From Felis catus (lineage: Eukaryota): 64,000 bases of DNA. Shown here one piece after another: positions 52,578-64,000 of the stretch (within the stretch, counting starts at the first letter, position 1; every line of letters starts with the position of its first letter). The stretch lies in contig NC_058368.1 in NCBI RefSeq assembly GCF_018350175.1, positions 34,970,001 through 35,034,000 on the forward strand. The letters run 5' to 3'. Made by a program: the position numbers and the translations under genes. Under the pieces are notes generated by a model. That model made no database searches, was not told the origin of the DNA, and was given only the letters and a program-made list of their open reading frames with translations.

Positions 52578-53600
52578 CTTTACATCAACCTTAAGGTCAA
52601 GAGTGTGATTCTAGAACAAAGAAAATCGCCTCTTTAAGGTTAGCAACATAGATTACATTTTAAACATTTATACTAGAGAACCAATCAGTAGCAACCCAAT
52701 TTTATCTGTACTAAATTCAGAGAAATTTGAAGACATCCATGCTTGAATATCACACAGACAATTATGCAAAACATCAAGCCGCTTCATAGGTCTGCAGGGA
52801 CTGGAAAGAATATCTGAGTATCGTCTGCATACATATGACACTGCAGGCCACGGGACTGAATAATGTTATTCACTAAAAATATCTAAATATAAAGCTAAAT
52901 AGGATTTCAAACAAGCCCCAAGGGAATCAGAAAGTAACTTGGCAAAGCAAAAACCATTCCCTAAAGGAACAAATTGAAAAGAGAATATAAGGATAAAGAA
53001 ACTATCCAAAGCAACCCATGTTAATTCCAGAAAATTCAAAAACATAGAGTTCTATCAAATAATAACACAGTCAGCAGTATTCCAACCAGACAAATAACCT
53101 TAAAAGAGTACAAGAAAACAGGCATTCACCCAACAAAAACTGTTCATGGACGTTATGTTCTAACCTACGTCCCAAGGGCAGTAATATGCACATTCAACAT
53201 GAGGTGCTAAAATGATATCCTAGCAAAAGTTTAAGATATATTGCCTTTGTCTAACATTTGGTAACAATTTTAAAGCACTGCTGATGAAGAATTAAAAAAC
53301 AAAAAACAAAAAACAGTGCAAGTGTCTGTAATTCTATATTCTACTCATCTTGTTTTACCTCTATCATTGTGGACCCTTTATCTCATGCCCCATTCCAGGA
53401 AAAAAAAAAAAGAAAATAATTTATATATGATCTTAAGGAATGGAAGGTTATATTGCTGCTGTGTCGTCCTTATCATTATCTATTTATCCAAAGCTGTTAA
53501 AATTATCTTGTAAGTTTTCTTCCTCCATGTAGACCATGCATCTTTTTATATTTTATTCTTGATATGTTTCTCTTATTATCCTAATTGCCAAAATTTGCTA

Positions 53601-54100
53601 CCTCAAAGAAAAATTACACAAAATTAAGTTAAACAGGCAAGGAAGAACTCACTTAATGGGAGGAGAGAGTTTTAGCATAACTGCTTTGAAACAAAAGTTA
53701 AGTGGATTTTTAAATTCTGGGATGAAATAATGAAAAGTACTGGAGGGCCTTGTGGAGAAGGATGGTCCATGATTAGCCTATCTATGTTTGCCTATTGTCA
53801 ATCATCTCTCATTGAAGGTAGGCTTCCTTCCATCCCCACATAGAAACTAAGACACAGGAGCTCTATCTTCCTTGATGATTACATGATTACATGTCAAAGG
53901 GATGGCTTCCTAGATTCTTGAGATAGACTTTCATGAACTGCGAAACTGGCTAAAAGCTGGGAAAAATTTACATCTCAAGGGGGCAGAAAAAGAATTTAGA
54001 ATTGCAAGGTTTCTAAAGTCAATGTGCTAAGAAAAGGAAATGTCAGAAACCTGTCCAAAGTTTAGTCAAGCTGTGAGGAATATTAAGGCCATCTTGGTCA
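53601..54100 (-). mobile_element. ERV1-class solo LTR (MER31/MER67-like)
   Basis: Reverse complement starts tgaccaagatggccttaatattcctcacagcttgactaaacttt and contains ttgagatgtaaat and gccatccctttga, as I recall for MER31/MER67; 4-bp TSD gcta at 53597-53600 and 54101-54104. Confidence 0.8.
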
Positions 54101-54832
54101 GCTATATGTATGTCTTAGAAAGTACTGCTCAACTGCCCTAGAAGCTTCTCTCCCACACTGATGGCAGTTGGAAGTACTCCAGATTTTGATTAACAGAATA
54201 AACTCACCAATTTCCATAGCAAAATAAAACAATGATCATTACATCATAGAAAAATAATCAAGTATGACTATGTTCATGAATGTGTTCAGTATAATAAAAC
54301 AAAATCATATTTAATACCATCATCATGATGATCAAAAATGGATAAGCCTCATATGTTTCTAACAACATCATATGAAATAAAAAGGTGGCAGTAAACATAT
54401 TTTTACATTTTTACTAAGGTTATGAATCTTCTGTAATCAATAGTCATGGATGTAATATTTTAAAATTTTATACTTTTCAACCTTTTGATGCTTAGAAAAA
54501 TAAATATAACATTGCATAGATGCTATGTGACTACATGTCAATATTGAAGAAAAGAAACTAATTCTTGACCACCATTAGTTTTAAATGAATACTGCCACAC
54601 CAGTGGGCAAGATGAAACCCACCAGATTGGTCTTCTTTGCCCTGGATCCTTTGCAATAAATCATTCATATCTATATGCTCTGAGGAGTTTGGCAGAACAC
54701 ATCTCAATTAACATACCTCAGTGCTTCTATTTGGTGGCTACCAAATTAGAAATTTAAACAACATAATGGAAAAAAGTCTTTCATGATAAATAAACGTTGT
54801 TGCTGTGGGCAAGCTTGGATCTTTTCTAGTTT

Positions 54833-54892
54833 TCTTCTCTTCTCTTCTCTTCTCTTCTCTTCTCTTCTCTTCTCTTCTCTTCTCTTCTCTTT
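54833..54892. repeat. (TTCTC)n pentanucleotide repeat
   Basis: Seen directly, about 11 units. Confidence 0.97.
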
Positions 54893-55761
54893 CTTTTCTC
54901 CCTTTAAACTGTGCTTGCCTGTAAGCTAGCCACCTGGCTACGCCTGGCTTTTCTTGGGAGAGGAATCTATGCTCCTTCCCAGAGACCTTTCCATTCAAGT
55001 TGTTAATAGCTTTGTTTCATTTCTTCTTGAAAGAAAAACTAAAACTTGTTGGGGAATTTTTCTAAAGTCACTGCAGGTTGTTAATAATTTGGTTAAAAAC
55101 AATTAAGCCAATTTGTTAATATGAAACTTAAACTCCTTCAGATAGAACACTAAGCTCACAGGATAAAAGAGACTGCCTAAATGGAAGGTTCTCGAGGGAG
55201 GCTTGGAGCCAGACCCAGCATGAGGTGCTTTATTTTCTACTGTAAATCTTCACACTTCTGCAAAATTGTTGGAAGCCAGTACCTCTGTGGGTAGTTTTGT
55301 TTATTCTTTTCTGCATGTAACTGGTCCCTACTGGGAGTACCTCTAGTTGCTCCTAAGCAGATACCCTACAGCTAGCTCAAAGCATTAACAGAATGCAGAG
55401 TGAACTGAATACAGTGTGACAGATGCTTTCAGAAGGAACAGCCAGGGTAGAAACAAAAGACAAAGAATAACTGAGATATACCGTACTTGCCTCTAACAAA
55501 GAGGGAATTGAAGCTCATTCTCCAGGAATAGGGGAAAAGCCCATTCAATTATGTTAGTCCTGTTTATACTCATGAATCATTTGAAGTAAACTGTCTAGCT
55601 TTCATCAGTCATAAATACCTGTCAGTAAAAGGTAAGGTGTTTAGTCTTCAAATAGTATCTCAGCTAGGAAATGACCCAATGTTTCTTCTTATTGCAGCTA
55701 AAAGTCTAGTTCAGTCTCAAGCATTGATATTCATGTGTGCAGATAAATTTATATACACTAT

Positions 55762-55890
55762 ATTTATTCATTCATTTTTCCATTCAGTATGTTTATTGAC
55801 TGTCTCCTCTGGTACCAAGTACACTGCCCTAGGCACTATTGATACTGCGGTAAGAAAAGAAGAAATTCACATTCTCTTATTCATCTAGCC
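55762..55890 (-). mobile_element. L2 3' end, antisense
   Basis: ttattcattcatt...gtatgtttattgactgtctcctctggtaccaagtacactgccctaggcact. Confidence 0.6.
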
Positions 55891-56269
55891 ATTGGATTAA
55901 ATTAATAAAATAATTCTATCAAGGTGACTATTTTAAAACTTTTTGTTGTTTGCTGTTTTGTTTTAAAACTCTTGATCCCAGTTTTAAAAAATTTGCTTTG
56001 TGGTTCCAAGTCTTCAATTAGATTGTCCCTTGCACATAGATTGTTTTCTTTGCCAACCTGCATATAAAAGTTTCATAGGCAAACATGTACTGATTCTCAC
56101 CTGAGCATATCTCGAAGATGGAGAGGTACACATGATTCTCAGTAGGACTGTATACCCCTGTGACTGTCTTTCTGTTCACATTCATATATATATGGTATAC
56201 AACCATAGAAAATGTGTCTATAGGATAAAAACTACTGATATTCATATTAGGCTTTTGAAATCAAATGTA

Positions 56270-56482
56270 GGGGCGCCTGGGTGGTTCAGTCGGTTGAGCA
56301 CCCGACTTTGGCTCAGGTCATGATTTCGCTGTCCGTGAGTTCAAGCCCTGCATTGGGCTCTGTGCTGACAGCTCGGAGCCTGGAACCTTTTTCAGATTCT
56401 GTGTCTCCCTCTCTCTCTGCCCCTCCCCGACTCATGCCCTATTTCTCTCTCTCTTGCTGTCAAAAATAAATAAGTATTAAAA
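56270..56482 (+). mobile_element. Can-SINE (felid type)
   Basis: Perfect TSD aaatcaaatgta at 56258-56269 and 56483-56494. Confidence 0.97.
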
Positions 56483-58122
56483 AAATCAAATGTAAATATA
56501 AGCATAAAGTCAGTAAAATACATGTTATATTTATATGCAGATATTGTCATATCCAACAATAAAAAAATAAATGAATTTTGTATTTCCAGATATATTTCTG
56601 ATATAAGCTATATTAATACCCCAAGGATATAACTTGCCCACTTTCAGGATGTAATGCTGTATTAACTCCTTAATTTCTAATTGAAGAAGACTTTATATTC
56701 TACTCTAACAACTTATGAACCAATTTTAAAACTTTATGTTTGTCTTAAAATCTACCTATAATTATTTATATTAAAAACAAAATAGCTACCTCATTGAATC
56801 TGTTTTAAAGAATGTATGTGAAGGAAAACAGGACACATTGGAAAATATTTTCCTCTCTCTTCTGCCTACATTATATATGTCCCAACTTAGTACACATTAA
56901 TTGTTAAAGCTAGAAAAAAAAATATGGCAGGAATCTTAAATGAACAAATTTGGCTTAAACATTACAGAGTGGAGCATAATGTTGCAGAAAATAGCTACAG
57001 CTATTCCATTTCCATAAATGAATAGGTAGACAAAGGCTCAATGTAAAAGAGCATTGAAATGTCTAAATAAATGTTTTGTCCAAGACCACCAAATTGTGTA
57101 AGAATAACTTATTGATTTAGTAATTGCAAAAAATTTCAGAAGGTAAGATGGATAAAGGATGCTTTTTTTTTTACTTACATTTTAACCAACGTTAAAAAAA
57201 AAAGTCTTGATTGGAACTATTCTACAGTCCAGTTATCCTAAAAATAAGTGGTTTAAGTGTTTCAGTGTTTTAAAACTTATTATTTCTTCCTAACCTCTGC
57301 CTCACATTTCAGATTAATTTTTACTTCTTTGTCATTCATTCATCATCAGCCCTCTAACAAGATAAAACTCTGGTTATTTTACCAATAACTGGAAAACATT
57401 TATTAAGCGTCTACTGTGTACCAAGTATTTGGAGGTTCTGCACAAGAAATAGCACAACTCCTGACCAAACTTGTAATCTTTCTGAAATTAAAGAAGTATA
57501 AATGCATATACATCAGAACCAAACACAACATGTATAGGATAACATGAAGCTATATCAGTGGCTATTGTTCTTTGTTATCATAAGTGTTTATTGTACACAC
57601 CACTATTTTACTTAATGCCAGATGATGAAGAAATGAAAGAGCTCTTCCCTGTCTTTAAACATTCAAATGACGAAACTCCTTAAGGTGGACTATTTAAGAT
57701 ATCAGTTTAGCTAACCTAACCCTTCACTCTCCTAATGAAGAAGATGAGTTTATAGTGCAGAAAATAGATTGTACGTGAACAGAAAATGACTTAAAAAAGA
57801 AGTACAAAACAAGTTAAACGATAACAAGATGTAATATGATTGTTAAGTATTTAATAAAAATGAAAAAGATTCTGAAAATGGAATAAAAAAGCTAGGGGTA
57901 TAACTAATTAGGAAAGTCTTTAAAAAGAAATCCTCACGATGTCTCAAATGTTACATACTTATTGAGAGGCTACCACACATATCCGTCATGCCCCAGGGAC
58001 TTTGAAGTGGAGTCCAGCTAACTATATACAAAGATCCAAAAATATTTAATTTCACATAGAGTAGGTGAAAATGCCCAAGAAGACAAAGGCTATGCATGAA
58101 TCTGTGTAAGAAAATGAATATA

Positions 58123-58345
58123 GGGGCGCCTGGGTGGCGCAGTCGGTTAAGCGTCCAACTTCAGCCAGGTCACGATCTCGCGCTCCGTGAGTTCGAGCCC
58201 CGCGTCAGGCTCTGGGCTGATGGCTCAGAGCCCGGAGCCTGTTTCCGATTCTGTGTCTCCCTCTCTCTCTGCCCCCCCCCCCCGTTCATGCTCTGTCTCT
58301 CTCTGTCCCACAAATAAATAAACGTTGAAAAAAAATTAAAAAAAA
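58123..58345 (+). mobile_element. Young felid Can-SINE (SINEC_Fc-like)
   Basis: 15 CpGs retained; diagnostic cagccaggtcacgatctcgcg and ggctctgggctgatggctc; perfect TSD aagaaaatgaatata at 58108-58122 and 58346-58360. Confidence 0.98.
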
Positions 58346-60559
58346 AAGAAAATGAATATAAATGCAAGCGATTTCACCAAAAATATAAAGCCAGTCACAC
58401 ACTGACAATGAAAACACCAAGAACCATCAGGTAAAGTAGAATTCTACAGCAGGGGAAATACGCATGACTATAATATATATTATCATATACATATGATATA
58501 AAAACACATATATCATATGTATTATTATACCCTGTAAATAAATGATCCCCCTTAATTTCTATACCTTACAAAATTCCTTCATTGAACGTGTTCCTTACAG
58601 GATAAAAAGAGTTTGCTAACTTTGGTCAGCAAAACAGATGTTAAGTGAAATCAATTGAATTATTAACAGGGTAGGGGATAAAGAACTGAAGATAAAATGT
58701 GGCAAGCTATATCCAGGTCAAATTCAAGTCCTCCTTGTAACAGCTAATCCCACAGACTCATGTGGGATTACAGTATGAAAGAGTTATTGGCCTCTGTTAC
58801 CATGTGGCATGATGATCCGGGGTCCTAAAAGGAGGTCATTGAAGCAGCGTAAAATGTCATGGTGTCACTCTCAGTGCCCCTCTAACATCTCAGAAACATG
58901 TACCTACATTTACTTTTGGAAGTGCGAGTTCCTTATAACACTTGAGAAGAGCTCACACATTTTATAAGAGTCTATGTTTGAGAAATAGTAATATGTGGGC
59001 AATGGGATATTCTTCACTTATTATTCAGATCTTTCAACATTTTAAGCTCTTGCTCTTATGGGGCCTAAGGCTGTTGGGTTTATATTAATAGTTTCTAGTA
59101 TCAGTTTGCAAGAAATATTACCATTTCACCACACTAGGTATTTTCCATGTTAATATTTTATATTGCAAAGCTAAATGTAGTTTGGCTGATAGCTAAAATT
59201 GCAGTCATGGTTACCTGAAAATTTCACTTATGCTTTATTCACAAAATCCATCTTTGCTCAAAAGCATAAAGTGACTTTAAACAAATTCCTTGTCTGTTTA
59301 AATAAGTTTTTTCTCTCAAAGAAATCAACTGATAAACACATGAGCAACTGAACTCCTTATTTTCTGGATATAGTCAAGAAAAAATTTTAAATATATATCT
59401 GACCTGTGTCACTAGCATTAACAATATCTGCTATGTCTCTAAACATGTGGACACTGTTTATTCTCTTATAGAATTTATTTTTAACCTCTTCAAATTAAGC
59501 TGACATTAGCAGTTGATGATAATATTGTCACCAAAATGTCAAAGACTGACCAAATATCCTGATGTCTGCTCCACAACAATGAGAGAGATGTCAACCTGGA
59601 AAAATATTGAAATTCCAGCCAGCATGCTAGTTAGAATCTACTTTTTACAATGTGTGCTTTCAGGTTTGCCCCAAGAGAAAATGCCAACTAAGTTAAAAAT
59701 GGGCAGTGTTCTTTTTTTGTTTTCTCCTTCTCACAAAGGAATATGAACAGTAACTGATTCAAATACTTATATATAAATCAGTTCAAATCCCTATTTTGTG
59801 GCTAATTAAATGAGTAGCTAAGTCACCATCACCTTTCTGTATTTCTCCATAAATCCAATAAAATATAACCAATATACATTCATTGTTACTCCACCGGAAT
59901 CAATGTTTTCAGAATCATATATTTCTTCTGTACTATGCTGTGTGGCTTCATTTGCCAGTTTGTCTTAATCTCAAATAAAATTAAATATTAAATGAATAAA
60001 TTTCTAAAAAGAAATTTTCTTTATAATTACCTTGATCGTCAACTTATTCTTTACACATATGACCAATAATTATTTTATAAAATAATTTGATTCTTCAGAG
60101 TAGTTGTAGTTGGGAGGAAAAGAATGCAAAAATAAATGAGGCAAGTGTCCTTCATTGACACACTTATAAATCGGGGGTAGGGGTGGGGAGAAGATTACAA
60201 TATAATAAATCCCATAAAGAAGACATTCACAGAGTGCTCTGGGAACTCAGACACTGAGGATGTCAAGAGTATTTCCTCATAGAAAAGAGTACATTAGTTT
60301 GCCTTGGAAGATGAATAGGGTTATTTTTACAGGGACAGAAGAGGAGGGTTTAGGAGATAGATAGCAAATTAAAGACCTTAAAACAATACACTATATTAGA
60401 GAAAAGCTAAATCTGAATATGGTTGGAACTTAGAGGTTTTCTTGATGTTAAGTGACATGACTGACTTTATATAGAAATTATTATTGTTTCTCTTTTCTGA
60501 GACTGGTGCTATCTGGTCTTACTAGGATCTCTTCAAACTGCTTCAGGAGAAGCTCTCCC

Positions 60560-60970
60560 CTTCACTCATTATGTTGCAGTCACATATTTCTTTGGAAATA
60601 TTCAAGTTCACCAAACTTCTTTTCTCCCTTCGGATTCTAAACTTCCTGTTTATTTTCATTGGAACCCAATTCTTCCATCTTTTCGTGACTAGCTCCCTCT
60701 CATCACTGAGTCTTAATTTACACACCACTGAGGTAACAGCCACATTACTCCTTCTCCCATAACAGTATTTTATTGTCATCACAGCAACCATCAGACTTTT
60801 TGAAATTATCCTGTCTTATTTACCTGCCTATTAACTGTCAATTGCTATAAAGATATAAAGCCTGTAAAGTCAAAAAGCCAATCTATTATTCAACACTAAA
60901 ACCATCACATATGAAACAGAGGCAGGTATATAGTAGGCATTATATAAATATGCTTAAATGAAGAAATAAA
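60560..60970 (+). mobile_element. L2 3' fragment
   Basis: Ends tatagtaggcattatataaatatgcttaaatgaagaaataaatga; pyrimidine-rich L2-like body. Confidence 0.55.
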
Positions 60971-62094
60971 TGATGCAAAGGGAAAAGCAGATGGGATGTA
61001 TACACTCTAAGAACAATCAATCAAATAATAAGCGTATTTAGTATGTCGGCATCAAAATTGCATTCTCCGTGATGGCTTTTTAAGATTGGACTTCATTAAG
61101 AGGCACACAGTAAAAAAAGAATAGAAGAACTTTGTGAGGAAAGTAGGTCCTACATTTTGTAAATGTAGCTAAATGAGCCAGTAAATATGTGTGTTAATAT
61201 TTATTTGCTTACATTTATATTCAAAGGTGGATGAACTCTAGCGATGTTGATTTTATGTTTACCTCACTAATATCACAGAATATTTGTGAGATTCAAATGA
61301 AAAACGGATGTAAAAGTATCATAAAATGTAAGAAATTGCATTTTCTTGCATTCTAGCAGTAAAAGAAATAAAATATAGATTCTTCTGGAGTAGAAAGAAA
61401 AACAATTTAAAATACCAATTAAATAGACTACCACTGGTGTATTTTCCATTACCATCTGGTTCCTCTCAGTCTATGAATTTAGTCAGGAAAACAATAAGTA
61501 ACAGAATTATAAGAAATAGATCTTTTGTTATCTTCAGAAAAATTATTGTATCATGATGAAAACAGTGTTCTTTTTTAAATGTCACACAAAATTGTGCATG
61601 GCCAGGGTAAATGAGCTGGTAAATGGGCTGGCATTAATAATTATACTGACATGCATGCAATTTCAAGTATTGACTAATAAAGTGATTGATAATTTTCAGA
61701 TAATTAAATTTGAAATTATGAAAGCACTTTAAACAAACATGCTTGTAGCGTTTATAATGTTTAATTATGTACATGCTAAATGTAGCAATAATTTATTTCA
61801 TCAGTGAAACTTCGTAAATAGATGTGCAAAATAAAACAATTTCAACGAGAATATTAGTATCATAGGGCATTAAATGTCATTCTTTTTTAAAATAATGGTT
61901 TATTTTTTGCAGATATTTTTACCCTTGCTCTTCATTTTGCATATGATTTCATACTTCCATTAGGCTGCAGAATTAATTAAGCTTTTAATCTTACTGTAGA
62001 CTTACAATACACTTTCTGAAGCTCTATCAATAAGAATTTTGAAACAAATAAAAAAAAACCCTAGTTTTTTTTCAAGTGAAAGAAGAAAAAGAAA

Positions 62095-62370
62095 AAGGAA
62101 TCATAATCAAGAGGACCTGAGAAGACATGGTTATTAAAAGTAATGTGGTATCTTTGTTGGGATTTTGAAACTGAAAATGGACAGTATGGAAAAACTAAAG
62201 AAACCTGAATACTAATGTATCAATATTGCCTCATTAGTTGTGAAAAATATACCATACTTATGTAAGATGTGACTAGTGGAGAAAACTGGGTGTGGGCATA
62301 CATGAATTCTACACTATCTTTGCAATCATTCTGTAATTCTAAAACTCCTCTAAAATAAATCATTTATTAA
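62095..62370 (+). mobile_element. L1MC-like 3' end
   Basis: caagaggacctgagaagacatg...taatgtggtatc...ataccatacttatgtaagatgt...aaactgggtgtggg...ctatctttgcaa...ctaaaataaa. Confidence 0.8.
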
Positions 62371-63435
62371 AGATACATAAAAGGAAATACACTCATAAAT
62401 TTTAAAGTCATTATTATGCTATTTGTTGAGTGATAGATTATAGAAACTACCTCCCCATTAAGTGGCAACTTTCAATCTTAAGCCTATTAATCTTAATGGG
62501 AGAAAGAACACCTGAATCATTTTGCTAATGAATCTAATATCAAACTTTAAATCTCAAAGAGCTACCAAGAATGAAATCTACACATGCACACATAACGCAT
62601 TAAATGTATTTCTATGAGGGCTTTCTATTGCCTCTGCTGAGTTACGCACCATAAGATTTCCCTAAAAACTGGCTTCAACTGATTAGATGAGGTGTGGAAA
62701 CCTGAACAAGGAAAATAGATTCAAAATCTGTCTAGTGAATAGGGTTGTGACCCGGTTCAACAATATAAGCCAAGCCAAACATATTACTTCTCTCGGAAAG
62801 AATTAACTATGAAATATAGCTAAAACGTGTCTCTTACCCGTAGTGAAAAAAATAATGCACCCTATGTTGTCATGTTGTGGAAGAACATGTGGTAATCATT
62901 ACATGATATAAATGAGAGGAATAATAAAGAGGACTTAAACTGAAAGGATGAGGGAAATGAGCCACATGCAAGAAACAAGCTGGACGTCTACAAGAGATGA
63001 GAAATAGAAGAAAAAGAGAGAAAAAAGAATAACAAGCAGAATCTGCCTTAGAGAATGTCATTCTTTGCTAACAGCTCTCCAATTTCTTTCTCTGAACAAA
63101 GTATAAGGTCTGGTTATATTTTGATTTCTATCACTGTCTCATTTCTTTAACAATAGTCCCTCTTTTCTAGAGCAATAGAGGTCAGCCCATGCACCTACCT
63201 ATAGTCAAAAGAACCCATCTAAGGCAGACACTAGGAATATACACCAGGATTACCCAACACACTGGATCTCCTCTGTGCCATTAAACTTCTTTATTTCCAC
63301 TGGTACTACATGTTTTTTGGTTCTCTGAAAACCAAACTATCATTATTTTCAATATTTTATCAGAGTCTTCAAGCAGTTTTAAGTTTAAAATTGTAATAAT
63401 ACTATGTTTCAAAAATTGCATTAACTTCTGAATTA

Positions 63436-63658
63436 ATATTTTTTTTAATATTTTTAGGTTTATTTATTTATTTTGAGAAAGAGACAGAGAGAGTACAAGC
63501 CAGGGAGGATCAGAGAGAAGGAGAGACAGAATCCCAAGCAGGTTCTGTGCCATCAGTGCAGAACTCAATGTGGGGCTTGAACTCACAAACTGTGAGATCA
63601 TGATCTGAGCCCAGATCAAGAGTCAGATGCTTAACCAACTGTGCCACCCAGGTGACCC
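63436..63658 (-). mobile_element. Can-SINE
   Basis: TSD cttctgaatta at 63425-63435 and 63659-63669. Confidence 0.96.
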
Positions 63659-64000
63659 CTTCTGAATTATTTTTAAATAATTTTGCCAGAGAAATAGCCC
63701 TTCCTTTTAGTGATATAACTTCGTGTTAAAGATAAAATCACAAAGCCATGGGCATATCTAGTCATCCCTCACCAACAAACTAGTCTTTTATCATTTTTCT
63801 CATTCAGCTTATATAGAGACAAGTTATATCTAAGACACCGAGGGCCAGAAAAATCCTCGATCACGAAAGGATAAATATATTCCTGGATGTTATCATAGGA
63901 TTCACATCATTGTACATTATGCATATCACTACTTTTCCTGCTATAATTAAATTGTCTCTCAATTTTCTTTTCTTTTGACAAATTTCTAAATTTCATGAAG

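Overview
AT-rich, CpG-depleted mammalian DNA from a cat-family (Felidae) genome, judged from 18 tRNA-derived Can-SINEs of felid type and carnivore LINE-1 3' ends. I find no protein-coding exon, RNA gene or CRISPR array. The supplied ORFs are L1 remnants, SINE/microsatellite artefacts or chance short ORFs, so the window looks intergenic or deep-intronic. Main content: a decayed full-length L1 on + (about 13.45-20.74 kb) carrying four SINEs, a full-length but internally deleted L1 on - (29.1-33.6 kb) with an 18-bp target-site duplication (TSD), older L1/HAL1/L2/MIR/MLT1/MER-type remnants and many microsatellites. I cannot support a new biological system here. The most interesting items are retrotransposition and repair footprints: a 22-nt L1 3' transduction nested inside a SINE, a 160-bp piece of ORF2 copied into the same L1's 3' UTR, a ~2.3-kb L1 deletion with a SINE at the junction, a fold-back hairpin insertion, and microsatellites at the same site in four L1 copies. 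There are also weak candidate non-coding exons and a candidate enhancer. Family names come from my recollection of consensus sequences, not from a database search; boundaries of old elements are approximate.
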